A stretch of DNA of 64,000 nucleotides from Candidatus Nomurabacteria bacterium (GCA_020632075.1 JACKGH010000002.1:11454-75453); one strand, 5' to 3'. Counted from the stretch's first letter, positions 17,820-27,148 are shown. Translations and numbers: made by a program. Notes: generated from the sequence alone by a model not told the origin.

Positions 17820-20709
17820 TGCCGTGGCACTATACACGGCCAGTCTGCTACTCATTGGATCTCTGTTCTTGCAGGCTATCTTCCCTACCATTGCGTACGC
17901 AGTTGAAGACACTGAAACGACTGAAGCTCCAGCCGCAGCAACCGAACCAGAAACTCAATCACAAACTGAGGAACCTCCTGCTGAGGAAGTCATCGTCGCA
18001 CCGGACGAACTCTCTGAAGAGACTCTTGAAGAACTTATTGCAGATGCTCCTGAGGGTGACAGTGAGGTCATAACTGGCGACGCAACCGCGGGGCTCGCAG
18101 TCACCTCAGAGGTGAACACCACCGAAGTCGAAGCTGCTTCAACAACAGCCAGTAGTACAGAAGCTACAGAACCAGAAACCCCCGCATTTTCGTTTGCAAC
18201 ACAGGATGAAAACGAAACAACCGTAAAGACAGAGAATACCGCCACGACAACCACCAACGCCACCACGTCAGCCGAAACTGGAGACAATCTGGTCTATAGC
18301 GGTTCTGCCAATATCGATACCGGAAACGCGCTCGCATATGCAGACATCCTCAATGTCGTGAACACCAATATCGTCAACTCCGACGGTCTCATCTCATTCA
18401 TCAACGACACCTTGGGCTACAACAATTTCGATCTGCGCAACGACTTTGAAATCGCCTTTGCTGACTTCGACACTGCACAAAGTACTAGCGCCTGCACCGA
18501 TTCCTGTAACACTGGATCGCAACTTTATTCAAACGCCAACACTGCTGACATAACTAATAACATCACCGTAGTCGCTGACACTGGCGGCAATGGTGCAGTT
18601 GGCAATGAAGCCACCATCACAACTGGCAATGCCTATGCTTCAGCCAATGTCATCAATGTCGCAAACACCAATATTTCAGACTCCCAGTATCTACTCCTGA
18701 TCTTCAATAATTTTGATGACTTTGCTGGTGACATTGTTCTACCTAACAGTTCGTTCTTCGACCAATACTTCACTAGCAATCCTGCACCAACGACGATCAA
18801 TGCAACCAACAACAACACCGCGTCTATCAATAACGACGTATCAGTCACCGCCAACACCGGCGACAATACTGCGATCGGTGACGAAGCAAACATCACGACT
18901 GGCGCGGGTGTAGCGAGCGGTGAAGTGACCAACCTGGTCAATCAAAACATCATTGGAGGTCGTTCGTTCAATATGCTGATCCGTGTCCATGGTGACTGGA
19001 CCGGTAGTATCGATGGACTACCTGAAGGTCTCACCTGGCGTGAGACTGAGCGAGGTATTGAGATCATTTCCACTTACGATACACCAGGTATTCCACTGAA
19101 TGCGGGTACCGTCTCAAACACTAACAACGCTTCAATCAATAACAACGTGCATGTCTTTGCACTGACAGGTGATAATGCAGCAGCAGGTAACACCGCCAGT
19201 ATCTCGACCGGTAACGCCTATGCTGACGCTTCGATTATGAACATTGCCAATACCAATATCATTGGTAGCAACTGGTCAAACTTGATCTTCAATATCTATG
19301 GAAACTGGAACGGCAATCTGAGCTTTGGCCAGACCGACCTCTGGCTTGGTGTCACCGCCACCTCTCCAGACGATCCGATCATGCCTGGTTCACTGGTGAC
19401 ATACACCTTCACTGTCTTCAACCGCGGGGATACGACCGCACCAAACGTGAACCTTGAAGGTCTTTTCGCTGGTGATAGTCTTGCTTTTAGCGAAGGAAGT
19501 CAACAAGCCTTGAGTAACGGAAACTCCAAGCAAACCTGGTCACTCGGGGACATTGGTCCAAAGGAAACAAGAGAATTCACACATGTCGCTCGAGTCTCAA
19601 GTGACATAGAACCTAACCTGGTCTCTGCCCTACCACTCACCAGTCGCGTGAGTAGCGATCGTACTGACGCCAATGATAGAGATAACGAGGAGGTAGTAAC
19701 GGTCTACGTAGGACGAAACCGCAATGAGTCTACCAATTCACGCTCAACCTTCCCGGCACACTTCGAGATCAACAAAACCGCATCGCGAGACATTGCACAG
19801 CCAGGGGATACGGTTGAATACACTGTTTCATTCTTCAACCGTGGTGGACCACTTTTTGACGCTCTCCTGGTCGATACGCTTGAAAATGAGGCTGGAGAGA
19901 TCATTTCGCAACAGTCATGGCCACTCGGTGAGATAAAGAACTGGGAGACGATCAATGTTTCCTATGAGATGGAATTTGACTCTGCTATGGCGACTGGCAC
20001 CTACACAAACTACGCGCAGCTGATCGGTTTCCAGGGCAGTCGCCGAGAAAGGAGCCAGACACCGTATGAGTCTGCAGTTGCGTCACACGAACTACACCTA
20101 GGGACCAAGCCAGCCGGAGAAGTCCTTGGGGTCAGTACTTCTCTGTGTGAACCATATCTCACCGAATATCTCCGCTATGGTGCACTGAATGACGCAGGAC
20201 AGGTCATGAAGCTGCAACAATTCCTAAACATGGAGCTCGATCGTGGCTTGCTGGTCTCTGGCTACTTCGACCTAGCAACCGAGCAAGCGGTGCGTGATTT
20301 CCAGATCATCCATCGCGATGAGGTTCTGACTCCATGGGGACTAGAACGTGACTCAGGGTATGTCTACTACACCACTCAAAAGAAGATCAACGACATGATG
20401 TGTGCTGGCATGGCTATATTCCCGCTCGCTCCAGACCAACAGCAAGAGATCGAATCATTCAAAAGCCGAGTACAAGCAGATCGTGCACGCTTCTCATTCA
20501 ATACAGGCACCGGCACACCAGCCAAACCAGAGGAGGTCACGCCGCCTGCAGCAGCTTTACCGCCATCACGTGAAGCAGACATAGTCACTGAAGAAGTGGT
20601 GACTCCAAGCAATCCACCAGCAGATCCACCGCCACCAACCAATCCTTGGAGTACTATGCAGTCATGGTGGCAGTCGCTGAACACTTCAAGACTCATGTCG
20701 ATGCGATAG
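17797..20709 (+). CDS. Large cell-surface protein: signal peptide, acidic Thr-rich region, four ~40-aa N..V.A.TG.N.A.GN.A.I.TGNAYA...N.ANTNI repeats, two DUF11-type domains, a peptidoglycan-binding domain and a Pro-rich tail
   Basis: The repeats begin at NNITVVADTGGNGAVGNEATITTGNAYASANVINVANTNI and occur four times. The DUF11-like segments are LVTYTFTVFNRGDTTAPNVNLEG... and QPGDTVEYTVSFFNRGGPLFDALLVDTLENE.... The PG_binding_1-like segment is LTEYLRYGALNDAGQVMKLQQFLN...GYFDLATEQAVRDFQ. Confidence 0.8.
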   Translation: MSRSLPFNAVALYTASLLLIGSLFLQAIFPTIAYAVEDTETTEAPAAATEPETQSQTEEPPAEEVIVAPDELSEETLEELIADAPEGDSEVITGDATAGLAVTSEVNTTEVEAASTTASSTEATEPETPAFSFATQDENETTVKTENTATTTTNATTSAETGDNLVYSGSANIDTGNALAYADILNVVNTNIVNSDGLISFINDTLGYNNFDLRNDFEIAFADFDTAQSTSACTDSCNTGSQLYSNANTADITNNITVVADTGGNGAVGNEATITTGNAYASANVINVANTNISDSQYLLLIFNNFDDFAGDIVLPNSSFFDQYFTSNPAPTTINATNNNTASINNDVSVTANTGDNTAIGDEANITTGAGVASGEVTNLVNQNIIGGRSFNMLIRVHGDWTGSIDGLPEGLTWRETERGIEIISTYDTPGIPLNAGTVSNTNNASINNNVHVFALTGDNAAAGNTASISTGNAYADASIMNIANTNIIGSNWSNLIFNIYGNWNGNLSFGQTDLWLGVTATSPDDPIMPGSLVTYTFTVFNRGDTTAPNVNLEGLFAGDSLAFSEGSQQALSNGNSKQTWSLGDIGPKETREFTHVARVSSDIEPNLVSALPLTSRVSSDRTDANDRDNEEVVTVYVGRNRNESTNSRSTFPAHFEINKTASRDIAQPGDTVEYTVSFFNRGGPLFDALLVDTLENEAGEIISQQSWPLGEIKNWETINVSYEMEFDSAMATGTYTNYAQLIGFQGSRRERSQTPYESAVASHELHLGTKPAGEVLGVSTSLCEPYLTEYLRYGALNDAGQVMKLQQFLNMELDRGLLVSGYFDLATEQAVRDFQIIHRDEVLTPWGLERDSGYVYYTTQKKINDMMCAGMAIFPLAPDQQQEIESFKSRVQADRARFSFNTGTGTPAKPEEVTPPAAALPPSREADIVTEEVVTPSNPPADPPPPTNPWSTMQSWWQSLNTSRLMSMR

Positions 20710-20776
20710 AAGAGCAGTCCACCGCAAGACCGCCGCGCGCCCAAAGGGCGCGCGGCGGTTTGCTACAATACTCATA

Positions 20777-21481
20777 ATGGAAGCGACTAATTTCGCCATA
20801 GCATTCCTGGCTGGTCTGGTGCCGGCTCTTTTTTGGGTGTGGTTTTGGTTACGCGAAGACAGTCGTAAACCCGAACCTTACTTCTTGATCGCGATCGCGT
20901 TTATCGCTGGCATGGCTGTTGTACCAGTTACGCTACCACTGCAAAAACTTGCCCTCGATCTATACAGCGGTGGGAATGTAGTCTTAGTGTGGGTCGTTGT
21001 TGAAGAGTTACTAAAATACGCCTTTGCACTCGCACTCATCTTCTGGAATCGAGAGGTCGACGAGCCGATCGACATGATCATTTACATGATCATGGTTGCC
21101 CTCGGCTTCTCAGCTCTTGAAAACGCTCTCTTTATCTTCAACCCACTCGCGGCGGGTGAATACTTCAGCTCTGCCGTTACTGGTGGATTCAGATTCCTTG
21201 GCGCTACACTGCTACATGTACTCGCATCTGGCACCGTGGGTGTGTTCTTGGCCCTCTCCTATTACCGCTCACAGACCACTCAAATACTCATGGGAACCTT
21301 TGGGTTGTTCATTGCTATTGTATTGCACTACCTTTTCAACAAATCTATAATAGAAACAAGTGGAGAGAAGGTTCTCGCGATCTTCCTCTTCGTTTGGATG
21401 GGCATCATCCTGCTGTTTCTTCTGTTTGAAAAAGTTAAGCTCCTTGAGCGCAACCATAATTTGCATCAAAAATTATCATGA
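20777..21481 (+). CDS. PrsW-family intramembrane metalloprotease
   Basis: EELLKYA, GFSALENALF and HVLASG motifs in a polytopic membrane protein. The terminator CGCGCGCCCaaagGGCGCGCG lies just upstream at 20735-20763. Confidence 0.75.
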   Translation: MEATNFAIAFLAGLVPALFWVWFWLREDSRKPEPYFLIAIAFIAGMAVVPVTLPLQKLALDLYSGGNVVLVWVVVEELLKYAFALALIFWNREVDEPIDMIIYMIMVALGFSALENALFIFNPLAAGEYFSSAVTGGFRFLGATLLHVLASGTVGVFLALSYYRSQTTQILMGTFGLFIAIVLHYLFNKSIIETSGEKVLAIFLFVWMGIILLFLLFEKVKLLERNHNLHQKLS

Positions 21482-21984
21482 AAAAACCTTCATTCTTAGA
21501 GCGCCTCACCGGCAATCAATCTGATGAATACGATATCCTCGATGAGGATCGTGAGTACGACGACACCGATGAACTTGCTGTTGAAGAGGACGACTACAAG
21601 GACGAAGAATGGGAAGAAGAAACAAGCAGCGCTCCACAACAGGACGGCGAGCTTCCGGTTGATATGTATCAAACTGATGATGCAATTATCATTCGTGCGC
21701 TCGTTGCCGGCGTGAGTCCAAACGAACTCGACATCTCTATTACGCGCGACATGGTGACTGTCCGTGGTGTCCGCGAAGAATACCAAGAAGCACACGACGA
21801 CGGCTACTTCCACCGCGAACTCTTCTGGGGTAGCTTCTCACGCACCCTACTCCTTCCTGAGGAAGTCGCGATCGATGAGGCAGAAGCACAAGAAAAACAC
21901 GGCCTCCTTGAGATCAGACTACCAAAGCTTGATAAGCACCGCAGTACTCAACTAAAGGTTCGCACCAACGCTGCTCATAAGTAA
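21478..21984 (+). CDS. Hsp20/alpha-crystallin family small heat-shock protein
   Basis: Acidic N-terminus, then the ACD core (VDMYQTDDAIIIRALVAGVSPNELDISITRDMVTVRGVRE...LEIRLPK). Overlaps the PrsW stop (ATGA). A terminator follows at 21988-22022. Confidence 0.9.
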   Translation: MKKPSFLERLTGNQSDEYDILDEDREYDDTDELAVEEDDYKDEEWEEETSSAPQQDGELPVDMYQTDDAIIIRALVAGVSPNELDISITRDMVTVRGVREEYQEAHDDGYFHRELFWGSFSRTLLLPEEVAIDEAEAQEKHGLLEIRLPKLDKHRSTQLKVRTNAAHK

Positions 21985-22034
21985 AAGATCGCCGGATTCC
22001 TATCGGAATCCGGCGATTTTGTTCTGGATCTTAA

Positions 22035-22238
22035 CTACCCACCCAACAGCGCTGCATCGACATACGCAGTAATGGTTTGCTTGCCCGACTCTTCCGGAAT
22101 GACATCAGCCAGTCGCAACATGAGACCATTCTCTGCCTGCACTGACTCAGTGTGGCAGTACGCGTCTGCAGAAAGGCGACCATTGACCGGTCTCCCGCGC
22201 TTTGAACCATTTTGATAGTACATTTGGATCTCAATCAT
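22035..22238 (-). CDS. Small hypothetical protein (67 aa)
   Basis: GAGGAG 8 nt upstream of the ATG. It shares the 21988-22022 hairpin as its terminator. An alternative frame (22031-22234) overlaps, and this frame was chosen on the RBS. Confidence 0.4.
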   Translation of the reverse strand: MIEIQMYYQNGSKRGRPVNGRLSADAYCHTESVQAENGLMLRLADVIPEESGKQTITAYVDAALLGG

Positions 22239-22378
22239 GAAGCTACTCTCCTCAGAGATGACACTGTGGCAAAGGTACTACTTTCACCAAGTATTAGAAC
22301 ATACTAAACAGAGTTTGCAAGAAAAAACCCGCTCGAAAGCGGGTGGCGGTCAGCCCTTTCGGGCACGGGGGAGGATGG

Positions 22379-22534
22379 TCAGGCAGCAGCGTTGCTGTCG
22401 GGGATGATGACCCGCTCGTCATGACGAGCATTGGAGCCATCGATCCGGTCGGTGTCGATCGGTTCGATATCGTCGTGCCGACGACCGGTTTCGGTTCTGT
22501 CATCACTGATAGGACGCTTGGTGTTTTGATCCAT
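22379..22534 (-). CDS. Small highly charged protein (51 aa)
   Basis: AAAGGAGG 6 nt upstream of the ATG (MDQNTKRPISDDRTETGRRHDDIEPIDTDRIDGSNARHDERVIIPDSNAAA). A minus-strand terminator follows at 22320-22345. The ORF-track N-terminal extension has no RBS. Confidence 0.55.
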   Translation of the reverse strand: MDQNTKRPISDDRTETGRRHDDIEPIDTDRIDGSNARHDERVIIPDSNAAA

Positions 22535-22644
22535 CTGTAGTCCTCCTTTGGACGCTGTTATGGAACTCGTCGCCACTGTTTGGCAACGCGGATGAATATA
22601 TCAATTCAACCGCAATGCCACAAGTGGATAAGTAGGAGGCACAA

Positions 22645-22959
22645 TTACTCCTTTAGGTACGCAAACCACTTCTGCTCGAGCGCTTCAGCCAGATCCACAC
22701 CCTCCTGTTCTGCGAACAGCAACAAATAGCCAAATACATCAGCAAATTCTTGCTGCAGCATCTTTTTTATCTCTTCTTTGCCCTTATCTTTCTGTCGTCC
22801 ACGGTCTGTGAGCATGAGATACGCCTGCAAGCATTCTCCCCACTCTTCAGTGATCTTAAACGGCGTGTAGTCACGATCAACGATCACTTCTGGATATTCT
22901 TCTTGGTACATATCCATGATCTGTCTGACCTTTTGTGTCAGTGTATGAAGTTGTGTCAT
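22645..22959 (-). CDS. MazG-like nucleotide pyrophosphohydrolase (small all-alpha NTP-PPase)
   Basis: EEWGECLQAYLMLTD...EFADVFGYLLLFAEQEGVDLAEALEQK matches the MazG EExxE pattern. Start refined to MTQLHT because the ORF-track extension overlaps tRNA-Phe. Confidence 0.7.
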   Translation of the reverse strand: MTQLHTLTQKVRQIMDMYQEEYPEVIVDRDYTPFKITEEWGECLQAYLMLTDRGRQKDKGKEEIKKMLQQEFADVFGYLLLFAEQEGVDLAEALEQKWFAYLKE

Positions 22960-22987
22960 AGAGAAGAGTATAAAACCTTTGCTGTAT

Positions 22988-23029
22988 ATGACAATGGCCC
23001 GAAATGCATTCGCATTTCGGGCCATTGTC
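22988..23029 (-). terminator. Hairpin terminator downstream of tRNA-Phe
   Basis: A perfect 17-bp palindrome TGACAATGGCCCGAAATGCattcgCATTTCGGGCCATTGTCA, followed on the minus strand by a T-rich run. Confidence 0.55.
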
Positions 23030-23036
23030 ATTACTG

Positions 23037-23109
23037 TGCTTGGGAGCAGGCTCGAACTGCTGACCCTTCGCTCTTCAGGCGAATGCTCTACCAACTGAGC
23101 TACCCAAGC
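23037..23109 (-). tRNA. tRNA-Phe(GAA)
   Basis: Reverse complement GCTTGGGTAGCTCAGTTGGTAGAGCATTCGCCTGAAGAGCGAAGGGTCAGCAGTTCGAGCCTGCTCCCAAGCA. Anticodon loop CTGAAGA. Confidence 0.85.
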
Positions 23110-23154
23110 AGGGAATGTACGCGCTATTGTACCGATTTTTGAGATAATTTCAAT

Positions 23155-23478
23155 CTATTCTCCCCCGCGAGTATTGCCGCCGGCAGCCTCATAAAACTGT
23201 TTCCAGCCAGGGATCTCCTGTAGTCCTTGCTGAAAGGTCTCGAATGATGAACCAAGTGACGTAAAGTATGGTTCAACAATGTAGTAATAGAGCAAGAATG
23301 GCAATCCAATAAGAACCGCAAACCAAACCACCTTGAGCCAAAATGACCAGATAGACCGTCGATTCATCTTCTTGAGCAACTGATTATTTTCAGTAATCAA
23401 ACGCTGATTCTCAAGCAGCAACTCATGTATCATCTGATGGTGATCTTTCTCTGGTTTCATGTACTGTAAGTATAGCAA
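23155..23478 (-). CDS. Small hypothetical membrane protein
   Basis: 107-aa ORF with two hydrophobic helices. No motif. Confidence 0.4.
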   Translation of the reverse strand: MLYLQYMKPEKDHHQMIHELLLENQRLITENNQLLKKMNRRSIWSFWLKVVWFAVLIGLPFLLYYYIVEPYFTSLGSSFETFQQGLQEIPGWKQFYEAAGGNTRGGE

Positions 23479-23524
23479 ACACTACAAACTAAAAAGTGAA
23501 TTTGTGCTACAGTATCAGTCACTT

Positions 23525-23596
23525 GCCCTTGTAGTTCAATGGATAGAACAACTCCGTCCTAAGGAGGAAATCTGGGTTCGATTCCTGGTGAGGGCA
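23525..23596 (+). tRNA. tRNA-Arg(CCU)
   Basis: GCCCTTG/TGAGGGC acceptor stem with two G-U pairs. D-loop AATGGATA. Anticodon loop GTCCTAA (CCT). T-arm CTGGGTTCGATTCCTGG. There is an A-G mismatch at positions 27-43. Confidence 0.7.
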
Positions 23597-23598
23597 CA

Positions 23599-24273
23599 AT
23601 GAAAAGTAATAAAGACAAACTGTACAGTGCACTGGTCTGGATCATCTCTGGCACTGCGTTGATCACCTATGGCGCTCTTGGACTTACGAAGACAAATATT
23701 CCTGGCGTGGAGCAACTGGTAGCACTCATCAGCAATGCTGAAGGTTCGTTTCTGTTTATAGCAGCGTTTCTAGCGATCTTGGTCGAAGGACTGTATGTCA
23801 TAGGCAGCTTTTTCCCAGGCTCAACTCTCGTACTCTTCATTGCCATTTTTGCGCAAGTAGGTGGCGCGTGGCAATTTGCCGGCACTATCCTGATGATCTA
23901 CCTTGGCTGGCTCTTGGCAGGGATCGTAAATATTCTTGGTGCACGATATTTCTCACGCTCATTCCTAGACAAAATCGAAGATCTCAAGCCGATTGAGGAT
24001 AATACTGGCCTCACCTGGTTCCCGGCATTTCGAGCCAATACCGAAGTCGCTCAGATCACTGAAGGACACTCTATGTCTTCTGTTTTTTGGTCTACCTGGC
24101 GCGTAAAAACCATTGCGTCACTGGGGGCTGCAGTATACGCATTTATCGTGCCGATGTTTATTGATTTTCAAGACATCAGTAACGAAGAAGGTTTTTGGTC
24201 GCTAAGTGTTATTGCTATGATTAACTTCGCCGTCGGTGGATACAAGCTACGGCAATATAAAAAGGGACAATAA
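23599..24273 (+). CDS. DedA/VTT-domain-like membrane protein
   Basis: ILVEGLYVIGSFFPGSTLVLFIAIFA resembles the DedA E..G..PG..L motif. The ATG starts 2 nt after the tRNA-Arg 3' end. A terminator follows at 24278-24306. Confidence 0.45.
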   Translation: MKSNKDKLYSALVWIISGTALITYGALGLTKTNIPGVEQLVALISNAEGSFLFIAAFLAILVEGLYVIGSFFPGSTLVLFIAIFAQVGGAWQFAGTILMIYLGWLLAGIVNILGARYFSRSFLDKIEDLKPIEDNTGLTWFPAFRANTEVAQITEGHSMSSVFWSTWRVKTIASLGAAVYAFIVPMFIDFQDISNEEGFWSLSVIAMINFAVGGYKLRQYKKGQ

Positions 24274-24312
24274 AAAGGCGGGCCCGAAGGGCCCGCCTTT
24301 TTACTTCCTCAA

Positions 24313-24594
24313 TTAGATCTTCAAGAGTTCGCGCAACTTTGGCTCATCGAAGCCGATGATGATGTCGTCACCGATCTTGATGACTGGCACACCCATCTGA
24401 CCAGTCATATCGATCATTTCCTGGCGCTTTTCAGCATCTGTAGCTACGTCATGATTGACGTACTCGACATTATTTTCAGCAAAGAATTCCTTAGCTGCCT
24501 GGCAGAAATGACATACAGGGGTGCTGTAGATCACTACTGATGCTTCGCTACTTGTCTCTTGTTCTGGAGTATCCATAGAATTAGATTTACGCAA
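24313..24594 (-). CDS. Glutaredoxin/NrdH-like redoxin
   Basis: VVIYSTPVCHFCQAAKEFF has a CxxC active site in a thioredoxin-fold pattern. Confidence 0.75.
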   Translation of the reverse strand: MRKSNSMDTPEQETSSEASVVIYSTPVCHFCQAAKEFFAENNVEYVNHDVATDAEKRQEMIDMTGQMGVPVIKIGDDIIIGFDEPKLRELLKI

Positions 24595-24639
24595 ATTTAG
24601 TCTTAACGCCTACTAGTATACCAGTCTTTCGCCAGCTGA

Positions 24640-25023
24640 CTAGCGCCAGAACTGATACCACCGCTTATGCTTCTGTGGCGTCGTGGTCGCCAGTGGCTCG
24701 ACCACCGGACCATCATCCTCATCTTCCACGATCACCACCACTTGCTCTCCAGGGAGCGACACATCAAACTGACGACGCATTTCAGCCTCAATACCACGAT
24801 CGTTTGAGAGATACTCCACTTCCGCCTGCAGGTCATTCAAGCGCTCCTGCAACACAGCTGCTTGCTGCTCAGCTTCTGCACGACGATCAACCATTTCCAT
24901 CGCAATGTCGTAGCGCACGTACGCACTCCAGCCGACCATGAGTGCCAACAGTAAAATCGCCCCCTGTGTGATTGGAGAATTGATGATAGCGCGTAATTTT
25001 CTTTTTTGATAAAAGTCGAACAT
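24640..25023 (-). CDS. Septum formation initiator (FtsB/DivIC-like) protein
   Basis: One transmembrane helix followed by a coiled coil (AEAEQQAAVLQERLNDLQAEVEYLSNDRGIEAEMRRQF). Confidence 0.65.
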   Translation of the reverse strand: MFDFYQKRKLRAIINSPITQGAILLLALMVGWSAYVRYDIAMEMVDRRAEAEQQAAVLQERLNDLQAEVEYLSNDRGIEAEMRRQFDVSLPGEQVVVIVEDEDDGPVVEPLATTTPQKHKRWYQFWR

Positions 25024-25204
25024 TGCTTGAACAAAGGAGGCGAAGCCGACTATTGTGAAAGTACACAGACGCCTCGCTGGATCTGGGCCCTGACCTAGGC
25101 CCTTGATCCAGCGGCGGCGGGCTGTGCCCCACCTCTCTTAAGCTCTAAGTATACTACCCTTTCCCGAGTTTTAAAAAACACCTCTTTCAGGTACAATACC
25201 CCGC

Positions 25205-25323
25205 ATGAGTCTTTTGTTTCACAAGAGGACCAAGACCGCTATCAAGTGGATCTGGGGCGTGATCGCTATCTTGATCATCCTCAGCATGATCTTCGCCTAC
25301 TCAGGTGGATCTGGTCTGTTTTA
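25205..25323 (+). CDS. Possible 38-aa membrane micro-protein
   Basis: Sequence MSLLFHKRTKTAIKWIWGVIAILIILSMIFAYSGGSGLF. Its stop abuts the 25325-25360 hairpin. No RBS. Confidence 0.2.
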
Positions 25324-25324
25324 A

Positions 25325-25360
25325 GAAAAAAGCCGGCGGCCCTTCGGGCCGCCGGCTTTT
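25325..25360. terminator. Bidirectional terminator
   Basis: aaaaaaGCCGGCGGCCCttcgGGCCGCCGGCtttttc. Confidence 0.7.
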
Positions 25361-25366
25361 TCTTCT

Positions 25367-27148
25367 TTAGTCACTTTTCATCATCTTCATAAACACATCC
25401 TGTGGAATATGCACTTTTCCACGCTCCAACGCTTTTGCCTTACCTTTCTTCTGTTTCTCACGCAACTTCATCTTTCGCGTGATATCGCCACCATAAAGAT
25501 GTGCTGTCACATCCTTGCGTAGCGCCGATAGCTTCTTAGTCGAGATGATCTTCCCCATCACCTTCGCCTGGATCTTCACCGCAAACTGCTGTCGTGGCAG
25601 TGTGTTATAGAGCTTCTCAGTGATCGCCTTCGCTTCGATCTCAGCGCGCGCCATACCGATCACTCGTGAGAAAGCTGGCACTTCTTCGTCAGCAATAAGC
25701 ACATCAAGGCGGGTTACAGTTGCGTCGCGGAGTTCTGCGATCTCGTACGAGAGGGACGCATAACCACTTGAAGCATTCTTCAACCGATCAAAGAATCCGC
25801 GCATGAGCTCGCGCAGTGGCATTTCAATCGCCAAAAGCGTACGTCCATCACCAAATACTTCTGTATCGATCACACTGGCTTCATGCTCATAAAGCAAGGT
25901 CATGACGTTTCCCATGTAGTCGCCAGGCAAAATGATCTGTCCAAGGATCCACGGCTCACGTACACTCACTTTCTCGCCATGGTCCGGAAAACGATTTGCG
26001 GCGTATACATTCTCTACCCTCCCATCAGCCCATGTGATTTCATATGAAATAGACGGCGAAGTGATAATGATATCAATATTGAATTCACGACGAAGTCGCT
26101 CGGTGATGATCTCCATATGGAGCATGCCGAGAAATCCGCAGCGGAACCCACGTCCAAGCACACCCGACGACTCTTCCTCGTACGAAAGCGATGAATCAGA
26201 CAAGCGCAATCGATCGAGCGCCTGACGTAGCTGCGTAAACTCATCCTGATTCTCCGGAAAGACCGATGACCACACTACCGGATGCGCTTCCTGGTAGCCA
26301 GACAGTGCGTCAGTACTGGTCTTATCCCTGATCAACGTATCACCCACATTGGCTACGCCCGGCTCTTTGATACCGGTCACAATGTAGCCGATCTCACCCG
26401 CTCCAAGACTATCTACCGGCCGCTCTTCGGGAGTCACGACCCCAACCTCAAGCGCTGGAAAACTGCGTCCACTGGCCGCAAACTTGAGCATATCGCCTTT
26501 CTTTACACTACCGTCAAACACGCGCATAAAGACAATGATCCCACGGTGGTTGTCATACTGAAAGTCGAAGATGAGTCCTCGATATGTATCGAGTTTGCTC
26601 GGTGCTGGCGGTGGGATACGCAGTCGAATTGCTTCAAGGAGCTCCGGTACACCAGCTCCCGTCTTACCTGACACCAACAGAATATCCTCCCGTGCACAAT
26701 CAAGGAGTCGCATCACTTCTTCCCCCACCTCATCTGGGCGCGAGTGCGGCACATCGGTCTTCGTGAGCACCGGTATGATCGTGAGGCCGAGATCCTTCGC
26801 CATTTGTAGCGTGGTGAGCGTCTGCGCCTGCACGCCTTGCGTACTATCTACCAAGAGCAACACCCCCTCCACCGCCTTAAGCGCGCGCGATACTTCATAT
26901 GAAAAGTCGATGTGTCCTGGTGTATCGATCAGGTTAAATTCGTACTCAGCGTCAGCCGCTTTGTACAGCATACGTACTGGCTGCATCTTGATCGTAATTC
27001 CGCGCTCACGCTCAAGTTCCATTGAGTCGAGCACTTGCTCTTTCATTTTGCGCTGCTCGACTGTCTGAGTCACCTCAAGCATACGGTCAGCCAAGGTAGA
27101 CTTCCCGTGATCGATGTGCGCAATAATACTAAAATTCCGTATTTCCAT
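25367..27148 (-). CDS. lepA: Elongation factor 4
   Basis: MEIRNFSIIAHIDHGKSTLADRML G1 motif, DTPGHIDF, and the LepA C-terminal domain. Confidence 0.95.
   Translation of the reverse strand: MEIRNFSIIAHIDHGKSTLADRMLEVTQTVEQRKMKEQVLDSMELERERGITIKMQPVRMLYKAADAEYEFNLIDTPGHIDFSYEVSRALKAVEGVLLLVDSTQGVQAQTLTTLQMAKDLGLTIIPVLTKTDVPHSRPDEVGEEVMRLLDCAREDILLVSGKTGAGVPELLEAIRLRIPPPAPSKLDTYRGLIFDFQYDNHRGIIVFMRVFDGSVKKGDMLKFAASGRSFPALEVGVVTPEERPVDSLGAGEIGYIVTGIKEPGVANVGDTLIRDKTSTDALSGYQEAHPVVWSSVFPENQDEFTQLRQALDRLRLSDSSLSYEEESSGVLGRGFRCGFLGMLHMEIITERLRREFNIDIIITSPSISYEITWADGRVENVYAANRFPDHGEKVSVREPWILGQIILPGDYMGNVMTLLYEHEASVIDTEVFGDGRTLLAIEMPLRELMRGFFDRLKNASSGYASLSYEIAELRDATVTRLDVLIADEEVPAFSRVIGMARAEIEAKAITEKLYNTLPRQQFAVKIQAKVMGKIISTKKLSALRKDVTAHLYGGDITRKMKLREKQKKGKAKALERGKVHIPQDVFMKMMKSD

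Noticed and set aside
22294-22576. ORFs 22294-22506 (-), 22343-22540 (+) and the N-terminal extension of 22379-22576
   Set aside because: Only the frame starting at the ATG at 22534 has the perfect AAAGGAGG RBS and a downstream terminator.
25024-25204. Plus-strand AGGAGG at 25033 and a possible tiny ORF
   Set aside because: The reading frame is only 12 codons. The region is more simply the ftsB promoter and leader.
26282-27068. Plus-strand ORFs inside lepA (26282-26671, 26571-27068) and similar antisense ORFs inside glmS, the ABC exporter, murJ, the O-antigen-ligase-like gene (30624-31415), mgtE and the SurA-like gene (33581-34358), and the giant surface gene (17955-18287)
   Set aside because: These are shadow ORFs within confidently assigned genes, typical of ~52% GC DNA.
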